In this document: in pieces, positions 37,559 to 50,883 of the stretch
Layout of the letters: every line of letters starts with the position of its first letter
How positions within the stretch are numbered: the first letter of the stretch is position 1
Assembly (NCBI GenBank): GCA_032718475.1
Contig: JAUCBJ010008430.1
Coordinates: 54,947 to 118,946, forward strand
DNA length: 64,000 nt
Source: Nemertoderma westbladi
Lineage: Eukaryota > Animalia > Xenacoelomorpha
Direction: 5' to 3'
Notes under the pieces: model-generated
What the model was told of the DNA's origin: nothing
The model's database searches: none
What the model saw: the letters and a program-made list of their open reading frames with translations, nothing else
Program-made: the position numbers and the translations under genes

Positions 37559-40226
37559 CTATACTGATAAGTATATGGCGTTCTGTGGCCGAGCTCCATT
37601 AAGGAAGTCCGAGGTCATTGGCCGAAGTCTGTCGGGGCGACGCACCCCGTCGTATGACAATTTACGACCTCGCCAGAACAACCAGCACACAAAGTGGCCA
37701 CGTCTGTGAAATGTTACACCAGCCAATCTGAACTGTCTCCAATATATAGAGCAAGCCAGTGGTAGATTGTCGGTGTCGATAATGGAAATGGCGTCCACGG
37801 AGATAGCAACAATCCATGGGCGTTCGTTTCGAAAGGTGGCCGATATGAGTCGTCGGCGACCATTGCAATTGGCCACATGTTCGGGCTCATGAGTGCTCCC
37901 CAATTCTATGCCATGAACATCGTTGACGTAATAACACGACTGGGGGACACCAGGAGGGGGACATTCACCAAATCGGTTACCACAGTAACCAGGCATAAAC
38001 ATCCCGGGTAAAAGAAATAAATCTCCAAGGGGATTTATGTGGGTGTGGACTCGATTAATTGAAATGGCCGCTCGTTCACCATATTGTTCACCAGGAGCTT
38101 ATATACATATAGTTAGATAGTTACAAATAGTTAGATAGTTACAAATAGTTAGATAGTTACATATAGTTAGATAGTTACATATAGTTAGATAGTTACAAAT
38201 AGTTAGATAGTTACATATAGTTAGATAGTTACAAATAGTTAGATAGTTACATATAGTTAGATAGTTGCATATAGTTAGACAGTTACATATAGTTACAACT
38301 AACTAACTACAACTACTACAACTAACTAAACCAACTAACCCGGCCATGCGCCCTTCAGAGCAAGTCTCTCCGCCGCTGAGAAGTCAGTCATTCCTCCTCT
38401 AGGAACCACTCCCGTCCACTCACGGACCCAACGCAGGCACAAAGACAACGGCTCTTCGCCGTCCCCGTCGACCAGGAGAAGGGCAACAGGCACGTACATG
38501 ACGTTGCCCTTAACAACCAGCAAATTCAGCGTCAGGTTGAACCTGGTTGTCTTGTACGTCCCGTCAAGCAGTACGCACATGTCGCCGTAGCGACGCAACA
38601 ACTGGACTCCCTGACGCGGAACTACTGCCATGGCGAGATGCTGGCCATCCGCCGGGTACCGGACCTGCACGAAGCAGCCCCGATTCCGGTAGTGGTCCAC
38701 CAAACTCGCCAACTGGGCGACATCGTGAGCCTCCGTACTCGGGGTCCCGACGTCTCGCCGATGCCTTTGGACCATGTTGCTGAGGTCCTTAGGTGTCATG
38801 AAGTACCTGTAAAAGCATAATATAAAGTAAATTTTACAGACTGAAAAATTAACCAATTTATTAATTAAGCAATTAAAGGACATTACACATTATATATATA
38901 TATAACTATAACTAATAAACCATAAAAAATAATATGAAAAACTATAAAATTAAATAATAGCTAAAAGGTATGTCAATTTAATAACGGAAATATATTTTTG
39001 TGATTTTATCAGCTGTCTAAATTACTATAGTGTATTTTTATCGTCTCAACTCTCTATCACTACCTGTATACAAATTATCATTTGTTTGACTACCAAATAA
39101 CGTTGGTTAAACTAAATATAAAATATATATATAGGTATACTTCAAACAATAACGATAGGCCTGCCACCTGCCACCAACAATACCAACCGCCTAGAGCTCA
39201 AGTCCGGCATCTCTGCAAGACGCGTGTCCGACACCATTCCCTCCACGAAGACCTCGTTGGCTCGGCGTAGTGCGGGAATGGAGTAAAACCCAGCAGCAAC
39301 TTGCGACTTCATGTAGGCCATGACGTCATCCGTAGTCCGCTGGAATGGACGGGCCGCATCACCGACTAAGTGGGCGGCGTGGGAATGTACGTCGGGGACC
39401 ATAACCCAGTAGACTGTTAGGCCCCCAACATCGCCATAGTGGCACTCCCCGGTGGCAGAACCAAGACGAAGGACCTCCTTGACGTCACTGGCAGCCTTCC
39501 TCTTCATTCTGCTGGTGGGGTTGCCACCAACAGCAAAGTCGGGGAACGCAACAACTTTCTTGATTGAAATCTCCGACTTACATTCCCCCTTCATCGTATT
39601 ATTCCTGACGCCGGCCTAAGGAATGCAATGCAAACATAATGAATTAAACTAAGTTGACTCAATAATAAAAATTACTATCTATTATATCAAAAAAGAATAA
39701 ACAATGCATTGCGTGAGTCGAGTAGGCTATATTATTATAAATTATTAAAATTTGAGAATAATATCCAAGGATGTGTTTAAATCAATCACAGTGATATCAC
39801 CTAATCACCATAAATATGTGTCATAGGCCTACAAAGTAAGATTTAGTAGAAATATTTTACCGGTACTAATAAATAGTACTACTAATAGTTCGTAGAGCTG
39901 TAGAACTCTAGAACAAAGAACACTATATAATAATAAAGTTCACATACATTTCCGTGGTAGTCCTTTGCAAATACGCAAAACCGTCGTTGGCGAGCCACAC
40001 TGACGAACGGTATGCCGACGTCAGGAACTCCGCCCATTCCACGTGTCATCCAGTGCGTGTATGGCGCACCGACGAACACACCCGGATCCGAGTCCCAGAA
40101 TTGGGATAACGGGACCGACGTGGTACGCACGGTGTACTGGAAGCCACCAGCTTCCTCAAACGTCGAAATTATGGCCTCGACATGATCCTTGGAGGCGCAA
40201 GGGCAAGGGCAACCCGATCCAGACAT
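37559..40226 (-). CDS. Spliced MULE gene: join(40226-39948, 39615-39188, 38806-38340, 38097-37559), 570 aa; CARF-like N-terminus, partial MULE transposase, USP-like His-box C-terminus
   Basis: All introns are GT-AG and phase-compatible (1713 nt in total); LLDGTYKT and MTDFSAAE..A...WP motifs; last exon has FRLAGVTFHRRGHFVCWL...LSYDG. Confidence 0.72.
38101..38335. repeat. Intronic 18-bp minisatellite (ATAGTTAGATAGTTACA[A/T])n
   Basis: Direct periodicity; fills the last intron of the MULE gene. Confidence 0.9.
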
Positions 40227-40782
40227 AATTAATTAATTAATAATAGGGGGTATACTGAAATATTACTACGAGTAGGGCCTACAGTTGTACAGGAATTAGC
40301 AGTATAGACGAATTAGAATATAGAAGAATTAGCAAATGAGTTAGGCCCCTAAATATTGCTAATGTCTGAATGTCTGAATACATGAACAACAGCAATACTG
40401 CGGTAGGCCTACCAGTTCCGGTACGATCTATATCAGTATATCTATCTGCTGATCTGATACGCAAGTTCCGTTCGGATGGTGGCTGCAGCACCCTGGCACC
40501 CGTACATGCAGGCTAAGCATCGCGCTCGCATCTGCAAATATACCTGTATACTAGCAGACTCACTTACTTCATGTTGTAGGCCTAATTCAGTACGGTAATT
40601 GTGTAATCAAATCAAACCTACCGGTAGTACTACATACTACTGCTGTCGAATTAACAAAGAATCAGCTGATTTATGTTAAGTAGGCGGAGCTAGTTTACAT
40701 GGCAACATCCAATGGATGAAGCCCTAGTGCCTATTGAAGATGTCGAGTCTGTGGAGTGAATTTAGCATCTCCCGTTTAGGGT

Positions 40783-42385
40783 TAATATGCAAACTTCCAG
40801 GATCTTGGTTAATTTTTATGTTATCAATATTCAATGTAATATTTGAGTATGTTCGATTCCCCCCAGCATGGTGTTACAGTAAACTGTTTGTGCTTTATAA
40901 GAATAGTGGGTCACGCATGGACTGCGGTAATTACCGTGGTATTAGTATTGTTGACTCATTCGCTAAGATTTATGATATGCTTATAAATTCTAGGCTGCTT
41001 AGATGGGTCAATATGGACAGCTGTCAAGCGGGTGGTAGAAAGAACCGTGGGTGTACTGAACAAGTTGTTGCATTACGATTATTAATTAATTATGCTATTT
41101 CTAAGAAGTGTAAATTATTTGTTATGTTTGTCGATTTTCGTAAAGCCTACGATCTGGTTCCCCGTAACAAACTGTTGAATGTACGTACTAAGGGAAGCAG
41201 GCTGTGGGAAACAATTACTCTACGCCATTAGGGCTATATATAGTTGTACAAAAATTGTGTTGAAAGATGCAGTAATTATATCTATTCTCGGTGTAAAACA
41301 AGGTGCATCAACCAGCGTAACTTTATTTTGTATGTATTTAAATCAGTTTGTTGTAAGGTTACGTGCAGCGTACAGTACAGATGGTTTTTTGGGAGTTATA
41401 CAGATATTGCTACTTATGGATGACTCAGTTATTCTGTCTACTACACGTAGCGCATGTGAAACAAAATTTCGTGTTCTAGCTGATTATTGTGCAGATTACG
41501 GAATGACTATAAACCCCAAAAAGACAAACTTTATGGTTATTAATGGATCGGTGTCTGACCGGGTCCCCATAGAATATGGAGGAATTAAAGTTTCTAACTG
41601 TGCTACATACATTTATCTAGACTCACCATTCTGTGAGAATGGTAAAATGTCATCAGTGCTCAATGTACACGCAAGTTGGTGTGCCGATGCTGTTAATAAG
41701 TTTATTATTTTCTGTACGGTCAACGATTCAATGCCCTTCCACTTGAAACTGAAAGTTTTCCAAGCTTGCCTATCAGCAGTACTGACATATGGGTGTGAGT
41801 CTTGGTTAACTAGAGATTTAAAGTCTATAGAGGTACTGTATATGAAAGCGATTAAGTCGTTGCTTGGGGTACGTAAAACTACTCCGAATGACGTCTGTTT
41901 GGTAGAACTCTGTATTAAACCGCTACGAGCCATTGTTGTCGAAGCTCAAAAGAAATTGTTCACAAAATACTCAAAATTAGCCGACAGAGCTCTACCAATC
42001 ACGCAAACTCTTGATTTATGTGCAAATGTGGTAGGAATACACGTATATACTATACTATCTGGTGCGTGCAATGAAGATATTTCTAACTACAATTTAGATT
42101 CTATTAGGTAGTAAGCCACCCACTGCGACTAAGTTTTGGTCATACTGTCATGATATTAACCCGGAGCTAACAGTACATACAATTTATCGTGATAATGTTA
42201 ACTACATACCAGACTACCAGCGTAAAGCATTTACTCGTTTTAGGGTGTTTTCGCATGAGTTACGCAGTGAAAAGGGTAGATGGAGTCGTACTCCGCCTGC
42301 CGAGCGTGTGTGTTCATGCGACCACATCTCAGTTCAGAACGAGGAACATGCAGCTATGATATGCTCTCGTACTAGGGAACTACGT
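40783..42385 (+). mobile_element. RTEX-like LINE reverse transcriptase and C-terminal zinc finger (pseudogene)
   Basis: NYRGISI, QAGGRKNRG, FVDFRKAYD, GVKQG, LLLMDD, TYGCESW, SEKGRW..PAERVCSC...QNEEH...C; 4-bp frameshift near 41180; stop at 42109. Confidence 0.88.
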
Positions 42386-44345
42386 AGTCCTTCTTGTGGT
42401 CAGCTACGCAAAGTGGAGTCCCATTTATGATGGCTTCTACTATGAGTTCCGTTCCTGTTGTCGATGCCAAATGTGCTTGGCTCTGCCTTGTGACTGGATT
42501 TAGGATACCAATACCCCCATAGCGAGCAGGCAGAAGGGAGGGGGAGTTGATCATTAACCGGGTCTGGTACGGACATAGTGCCAAACAGAGCAGGTATATA
42601 ACGCCGTAGTAGTGTTGTTCGTATTGGCTCGAAGACATTGTCACTCGGAGGAGAAAGTCCCAATATTGCTGTACACACCAGGACATCCCTGTGTGGGCAG
42701 TCTGTGGGACCTCCACTGCTACATCTGCCAGCCTTGTAATGCTCTGGACCCAGCCTTCCACCTTCTCTGCTATGTTCCACTTGCACCCTGCATCATCCCC
42801 AATGTACCCGCCAAGGAAACGATGGCCAAAACCACCCGAATACCCCAAAAATTGTACGCATTATAAACAAAACGTGAGCAGCGATGCCAATATCGACGGC
42901 AATTCGTCAGAGCGACTGGGTGGCTGATGGAGTTGAAGGCATTGCTAACATCCACGAGTAGCATGCACTCTGTCGAGTCATCTTCAAACAGGGCTGTTAT
43001 AGCATGGATGCCTCCTTCTATGCCGGCCTTCACTACGGTGCACAGTTGATCCGCACCACATTCCATCACAAAGTCCATCTTGGTTGTGGTCGATAGGCAG
43101 CTATTGAGTAGGCGATGGAGTACCTCGCCGATCCCTATGGGTCGCACTCCGGGTTGCTTGTCGAGAGCGATCAGTCAACAGGCACAGAGTGCCCGACCTC
43201 ACCCCAAGGGGCTTTCGTGTTCGCCAGCTGAAGCGCTAGACTGGCTACTGCCTCACGAAGACGTGCACTGTGGGTGTCATACCTTATTAGTGCAGCACTC
43301 CAGAACTCTGCATCACCACCCACAGGTCCGGCAGCCCCGCGCAGTGTGCGGGCAACCCAAAGTACGATCTGCGAGGTGACATCCACGTCCCCAAAAGCTG
43401 GCAGTGCGCCTTCAGGTTCGAGTGACTCAGTTTCTACTGGCATCTGAGCTGGGTGTTTCTTTGCTAGCATATCTCTCACCGTTACTCCGAGAGGTTGACC
43501 TTCTGCCTGTGACTTGGTATCTAGAATACCACCACAATCTCGGTCAGTTACTCGTCGGACTGCTGCCCGATTCTGCCCTGCGAGAACCATCCTATAGAAG
43601 TCATTGGCTGTGTTCGAAGGAGTAGTCCCATGACCAGTTGGGAATCTGTTATTGCAGCGCTCAGCCTCTGCAAGCAGTTGTTCAATCTCGCCACTCTCCC
43701 ACATTCCTATCCGCCGCATGATGGTGCATCGGATATCAGGCCCCTTGACCACATCGGGATCTCGCTGAAAGATCATGGCAACGAAGCACAAAGGCCGCTC
43801 AGAAGGATGTATTCCACTGCTTAGCCCGCGAGCAGGTCAGTGACCTTCCTTCCTACCTTCCTTCCTTCTGATTCACCAACTTGACAAGGCGGACATGCCG
43901 TCTCTCCCAGGTTAGGTCAGAGGACGACCCTGGGGAATTGAGCCACTCCACACCAAAAGCTGTCTCCAAAATATCAGTGGTCGGTGAAATTATCACACTG
44001 GGCCTAGTCGACATTCCAGGGAGGGTTAGAGAAGGGCCCTGAGCCGGAATCATTCCATTTGGGCGTAAATCATTATGGGGGCTCCTACAGCACGTTGTCA
44101 CCATTGCGGCGCAACTAGTACATGCTTTCTTGGTCCGAGTACAACTGACTTGTCGCACATTATTTAATGATGCAGGTGCAGCATCGCTGGGAACCCTGCG
44201 CCATCACGGAGCATACGACTTGGGGGATTCCCGACCCGGACTGGGGGACACCCGACACAGACTGGGGGAACCCCACATGGATTGGGTGGCGCCAGACATG
44301 GACTCGGAGGCGCCAGACACGGACTGGGGGGAACTGAATACTTGA
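42372..44345 (-). mobile_element. CRE-like non-LTR retrotransposon, degraded, RT core deleted
   Basis: AAGPVGGD, LIALDKQPGVRPIGIGEVL, QLC..K.GIEGGIHA, LLVDVSNAFNS, RFLGGYIG, LPARYGGIGILNP; the QGD..YADD region is missing near 42850. Confidence 0.7.
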
Positions 44346-44672
44346 AATATTTGATATATTTAAAAATTAGATTCTCCTTCTACTGTAGATACCGAGATAT
44401 AGCAATTAATTTGTAACACGCCATGAAAATATTACTCATTTCCCATCGAATCACAGCTTATTGTGAAATTAAATAAATTATTCTAACTTTAACTAATTTG
44501 CTACTTACTCTTCCCTACTCTTCACTACTGTTCCTTTTGTTTGGCTTGTGTTATGCAATTTGCGCGGAATTTCCATGAATAACATAATATACGCAACTTT
44601 ATGGTTTTTTTGCTAGATTGACTCGACTATATCTTTTATTAAAGAACTGAGTAACAAAAAGTACGCATTTAA

Positions 44673-45529
44673 GGGGAGGGGGGGGGGGGGTTTCTTATTC
44701 TGTACATGTCTCCAATGTGGTTGAAAAATGCATAGAAAATTATATACCATCGAAAAGAGACTCATCAAAATGCATAAAAATTTGAAAAAAAAACTTTTTT
44801 GGCGCCTCAGAACGGCCTGCGTGAGATTTTACAAATTTCACTAAAAAGATAACTCCTCTGTTATTTTCCAGTATTATTTTCCGATACCACATTTTTTTGG
44901 AACCAGTTCATTTTCATCATTTTCGTTTTCTTTCTGATAATTGGCAATTTTGTAAAAAAAAATACAATTTTTTTTAAAAAATGAAAAAACCCATGTCTTT
45001 TTGTAATTTATCACAAAAAAATGGGGAAATATTATTAAATTAAGAAAAGTGAGTGAAATCTAGTGAAGCTAGCTGATGAAATTACCTTTCATATAAAGAA
45101 AAAATTGCAAAAACGGTCAATAAATGGCGGTGGAGTAGGCATAAGACTAGCCTAGTATTTTTCGTGCGAGAAAATGCCATTCTGAGATAATCGCCTTCCA
45201 AGTTTAAACCTTCCCGCACGTACAGTATGTATCGTGTAAACGTATCTGTATGGGGTCTGGTGTTGGTTAACAGTGTTTGACATGAAGGAAGCACATCACC
45301 GAGCCAAAATTATATTTAAGGGGGTTTTCGGGGTCGCTGATTTTTTTCCGGTGTCAGTTTTAATAGGTCTTACATTTTGACAGACAGATTGTCATACAGA
45401 TATTCCACGATAACTCGTGAACTAAGAGATCTCTCTAAGCCGTCTTAGCAAATCTGCTCTAGTTACATTAAAAAACAAAATTTCTGAAATTTTTAACGAG
45501 CGGAGGGCTACCCCCCCCCCCCCCCCCCC
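44673..45529. mobile_element. TTAA-flanked MITE with G/C-run termini (Kolobok-like)
   Basis: TTAA|GGGG... at 44669 and ...CCCC|TTAA at 45530. Confidence 0.4.
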
Positions 45530-46269
45530 TTAAGAATAAAATTGCGTATTACATGGGAAAAAAATGTAGAACATTTTTTTTCCGTATTCTCTCGACCCAA
45601 TATTAACCTCACTGACGTTCGGTAAATAAAATGTCCGAGAATGGTGAAAAAAAGTTATACTATTTTCCCATGTAATATATAATTATTTATTGTGATGCTA
45701 AAACATATAAATTTCTTCTATGGCTTCTAAAACATATTATATAATTATTATTTTCGAATAGATTAATTTTACAACACAATTTTAGATCACGAAAATATTA
45801 ATTGGTCTCAAATCACAACCGAGAAATAAATCCTTAGCTTTGGAACCTCGAAGACGGTGGGATATTTGGCCTTATGGCAGAGCCAAACGGCAGAGCAACT
45901 AGTGGGATGCACGCCGCAACATCAGCCAGCAGGCTGTTTAGATTTCTAAAAATTATTTTGTGTAGAATGACGTTATCTGCATCTCGTGGGTTGCTCTTTA
46001 AGGGGTGTCCACACTTCATAAAAGTAGCAAATGTTAATTGTGTAATTTTGAATGTTCTGTTGATTTCGAAACTGAAAAAATGATCGATAAGTTGTTTCAA
46101 TTACTGTTACTTAGGGTTACCGGTACCATTTATAAAATATATTTACCACCCAAAAAATTAAATTTTTAATTATGGTGTCATCCAGATAGTTCAAGCAAAA
46201 AGACCGCGCATATTGGTCGCATATGAAATTAACTGTCGCAATAAAGAACTGTACAAAGCACATGTGTTA

Positions 46270-46949
46270 ACTTTCGTTTATTGTTTTGGTTCCCCCAACA
46301 CGCCTATGTAACCTGCTCCCTTACTGACCTGCTCCTTTAAAAAACAATGGGACCTAACGCTCTTTGTGACCTAACTCTCTTTGGGACCTAGCGCTCTTTG
46401 TGACCTAACGCTCTTTGGGACCTAGCGCTCTTTGTGACCTAACTCTCTTTGTGACCTAACGCTCTTTGTGACCTAACTCTCTTTGGGACCTAGCGCTCTT
46501 TGTGACCTAACGCTCTTTGGGACCTAACGCTCTTTGTGACCTAGCGCTCTTTGTGACCTAACGCTCTTTGGGACCTAGCGCTCTTTGTGACCTAACTCTC
46601 TTTGTGACCTAACTCTCTTTGGGACCTAACGCTCTTTGTGACCTAACGCTCTTTGGGACCTAGCGCTCTTTGTGACCTAACTCTCTTTGGGACCTAGCGC
46701 TCTTTGGGACCTAACGCTCATTTGGGACCTAACGCTCTTTGGGACCTAACGCTCTTTGGGACCTAGCGCTCTTTGTGACCTAACTCTCTTTGGGACCTAG
46801 CGCTCTTTGGGACCTAACGCTCATTTGGGACCTAACGCTACTTTACCTCTTTGCTTTGTACAGGTCCCAAAGAGCGTTAGGTCCCATTGCCATTTAAAGG
46901 AGCAGGTTACAGAGGTGTGTTGGTGGGAATCAAAACAATAAACGAAAGT
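46270..46949. mobile_element. TIR element with internal 17-bp tandem array
   Basis: Long arms ACTTTCGTTTATTGTTTTG..CCAACAC..TGTAACCTGCTCC..CAATGGGACCTAACGCTCTTT and their reverse complement at 46862-46949; (GGACCTAACGCTCTTTG)n at 46348-46840; solo end fragment at about 11653. Confidence 0.8.
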
Positions 46950-47950
46950 GCAAGATGTACAAGATTATGCAGGTTACTTAATTGGGTCTTTGTTTTGTAC
47001 TCACCCCTAAGAACTTGGTAATTTTGCGTCATTAACTCGTGTCACCACAACTTTTTGATTAGGACTGCATGTTTGTCTGGTAAAGGACGAATCTGTTTTA
47101 AGTAGTTAACTAGAGGCCGTTGAAGCAAGGTGAATAAACTAGGTATAAGCTAATCCCGTAACCACTACTGAGTTCATATCTTTTACTCGTTGCGCTCGTC
47201 CTGCACCCATATGCATACAAGCATATCACACAAACTCCGATACAGCACTTAATGGAGGATAGAAGAATAATATTTAGAGTTGTAAAATGTGTGTCGGAGT
47301 GTGTCAGAAGATACATACTCATTATTTTCTACCCCAGACTTCCACAAACAATTTAATGATATCATTATCCCATCGCTAAACACTGTCCCAACGATTAGCA
47401 AATCGTTTGTAAATGACATCCATGGCAATGCCCTTTGATCTATAATCCTATATTGGTTTCACAACAGTACATATTTTAATCCCACTGCTTTCCCCAAATA
47501 TAGTATTATAAGTTTTATTATATTATTGTGATGATTGTTACCCAGAATTATACGTATAAAACCTCAATACAACAATAAAGTTGTTATATTGTAATAAAAT
47601 TGCTTAAGAGAATTATTAAATCGTTATGATCTGGTATTTATTATTAATAATTAATATACAATTAATTAATTAGCAATTAATATAATTAATTGCAAAGGAT
47701 ACTTTGAGCATACAATTGTTGCAAAAGAACCTAATTACGGAGTAATTAGTGCCTCATTCATCAACAATTATGTAGAAATAATTAACCCGAAAAAGTTAAT
47801 AAATTATAAATTGCAAATTTTTGTTGTTAACGGTTTTCACCAAAATAATAATTTAAATAATAATATTTATTATATTAAATTACATTTATTATATTCACAA
47901 TAACACACTTAAATAATTTATAGTTAAACTCTAAATGGAACAGTAACATT

Positions 47951-48264
47951 AAGCTACAAGAGTGACCATCATAGAGCCAAAACAACACTCACCAAAAATT
48001 ACCATTTTCAGAAAAACTAAACAAAAACTATCTCATTTGACTCAGTGTGGATAGGGATCCAAAAACAGAGGGCAGGGAAGATGTAATGAGTGATTTTAAA
48101 ATAGGGGCTGGCTATCAGAATATAATTTTTTCATGAGCAGAACAACACATGCAAATTAACTTTAATATTTTTAGCTGTATGTGGGTTCGGTTGTTTTGCC
48201 TCTGATATTTTACAATTTTAATGTTGCATGTATAGTTCTGGTTCTATAGTCACGATTGTAGCTT
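47951..48264. repeat. Inverted-repeat pair, possible old MITE
   Basis: AAGCTACAAGAGTGACC..ATAGAGCCAAAAC versus GTTCTGGTTCTATAGTCACGATTGTAGCTT. Confidence 0.4.
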
Positions 48265-50751
48265 CATTCTTTAGGTAGGGGTTCATCAACACAGCAGTTT
48301 CAGTAATTTAAATATTTCTAGGCTAAACAAAACAGGAAAATACATAATTTGTCTAATTAATTACAAGGAAGTTTTTTACAATAATTGTTATACTAATTGC
48401 ACCATTTCGATTCCAACAAACTATTTTTCATTTATGACTAACCATCATTGAGTTAATTTATTTACTGTATTAATTGTTTCAGTATGGAGCGCAGCTTTGT
48501 CAATTCGGTTGTTGGAAGTTCTGATGACTCCGAGGTAACCAAATGACCTTGTTATATTATCACTCAATAATTATAATTATTTTGGCAGTAAACAAGGGTT
48601 TTTGGCCATTTTTCACTTGTTTAGGCCAAAAAACTGGTTTAAGTTGGTAGCGAGGGAAGTAAATTTTTTAATTCAACAGTGATTGGCTGATGGCTGATTA
48701 ATTTTTTGAATTCGTAAGAGCAGTGAAACTCAATCCATTCAGCTATCATTGATCTTACAGATCACCTGTTATTTGCGTTGATTTTCTACTAATGGAGAGG
48801 GACGAATTTTGATATTTTTACACACATTACAGTTGATGTTGGCATTCTGTATTTTTGCATGCAAATACATAGATGTACTTCAAAATCTTTACTTTCAAAA
48901 ATTTTTTTTTCAGAAACTTCAAAATTGTTTCGTATATATCAGGCGCAGTATTGTACATAAGACCTTTTTTGTTTATGTCTATGCTATTTTTACTGTACAT
49001 AGGACTATTTACTCCAAGATATCAGGCAGTTATTGTTCATATGATCTCAGAACGTTATTGGTAAGTTAAGTTAGGTCTCATAGGACCTCTGTATGAGTAT
49101 AACTCTGAAAATGTCACATTGGACCTTTTTATGCTCAGCCCTTCAATTATTCTTAGCCAAACAATTTTTTCGCGATGTTGTGTAAATTCCGAATTTACAA
49201 ACCTGAACTCAACCAAAATCGATATATCGACAATTGTACAGTGGTAGACGTAGGTTGCTAGGCAACCTTATTACAAGCAAAATAATATAATCTGCATCCA
49301 ATAAAGCATAGCGGTCATGCAATATAATGTGCCGCTATACGGTATCCTAAGTAACACAGTAACAACAGCTACTGAGGTATTATAGACCAGTGTAGGCCTA
49401 TTATTAATAATAATAATACGATGAATGGGAAACTGAAAGTATAAATACCAAATTCTTTAAAATGATGTCATTACAATATCAAAATTATACAAAGTTACAT
49501 ACAATAATAATAAATTATAATAATAAATTATTTATTTATTATTTTAACGAACTGACGTTATCAAGAAGTTAAGAAGTTAATATTATTATTAAACGTTTGA
49601 ATGTATATTATTAGTATTGATGAAAAGAACAGGAAATATATTATTCAATCCAAAAAAAAAGCAAGATTGGCATTTAATGCACAAAGTTATAATAATACTT
49701 TTCCACACAAATTAGTTTAATTAAATTATACATCCATAGATCAAGAGTTTGTATCTTTGATATTTTTAGCAATAACTTATTAAGTTACATACAATTATTG
49801 AGCCACATTTTATTACCTAAAATGTTTTAGTAAAATCATCGTGGTTAAACCTTACTAAGAAATCGGACGAAAAAGAAAGGTACATCATATACAAAACTAC
49901 GACAAGGTATATAATAATTGTTGAGCACTAGTTGACGGAATGTGGTTATAGAATTTCAGCACTTCAAGATATAAGAATCCGGATGAACATAGAATCAGTT
50001 ACGTATCGCATTGCAACAACTTGCGTTACGCAGTTCACGTGGCTCTAATGGGGCGCTGTCATTTACAATTTAAACAAAAATTAAAATATATTAGCGACTT
50101 TAGTAGCGTATCGGAGAATGCAAATTAAATTGAACAGATACCACACTGAAAAAACGCTATTTAATTATGTATTTCTGAAATTGTTTTCATACAAAATCAC
50201 AAAAAATTTATTATACCCGTTGGAAAACCCACTGGGTCCAAATGGAGATGGCGGGGTAGATGATGTATTATCTATGACAGGAACCCTAGACGCCATGGAG
50301 TTTAACCTGCGCGCTGATATACAACTATTTAGGATGTGTGTGGTTGCTGAATAGCGACTCTTCCTTTTATCAGTCGACAAATATTATATCAGATCCGAAT
50401 GTTAGAAATTAACGTTTTTTATTATAAATAATATATTATTTTAGTTTTCCCTTATCCACTCACAGACTCGCACTCACCAACAATCATTGTAACACACAGT
50501 TTTGGTAGAGGCGATATTTTTTACATAATTATATACGTCATTGTTCATAAAATACCACTTTAAAAGGTTATTACTCGCGATACGAGCGATAAGGCCGTAA
50601 AAGTTTTATGTGCTAAACATGAACTATGGCAAATCTTATTTTATTTATTTGTAGGGAATTATTTGTAATTATGCATACAGTATTTAAATATTCTAGAACA
50701 TCCTTGTAACATGAAAGCCCGACATGTTAATTATAAAGTTAAAAACCAAAT

Positions 50752-50825
50752 TAGCGTAGAGGGTAAACACGTTGAGTTACAAGAGTATGGGTCGTTGGTT
50801 CGATTCTCACCTATTCAATTTTTGT

Positions 50826-50877
<52 letters not shown>

Positions 50878-50883
50878 GGGGGG
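50752..50883 (+). repeat. tRNA-like SINE head followed by a ~52-nt poly-G run
   Basis: A-box-like TAGCGTAGAGGGTAA, B-box-like GGTTCGATTCT, then G run at 50826-50877. Confidence 0.4.

Larger units (their letters stand above)
35001..40773 (-). mobile_element. MULE (Mutator-like) DNA transposon, 5773 bp
   Basis: 34-bp TIRs GGGTGATGCTAAATTCACTCCACAGACTCGACAT, with one mismatch; perfect 9-bp TSD GTTTAGGGT at 34992-35000 and 40774-40782; transposase motifs inside. Confidence 0.95.
33983..44627. mobile_element. TA-flanked TIR element (~0.7 kb MITE) expanded by nested insertions
   Basis: TA|GGCGAGTCAATCTAGC ... GCTAGATTGACTCGAC|TA. Confidence 0.5.
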
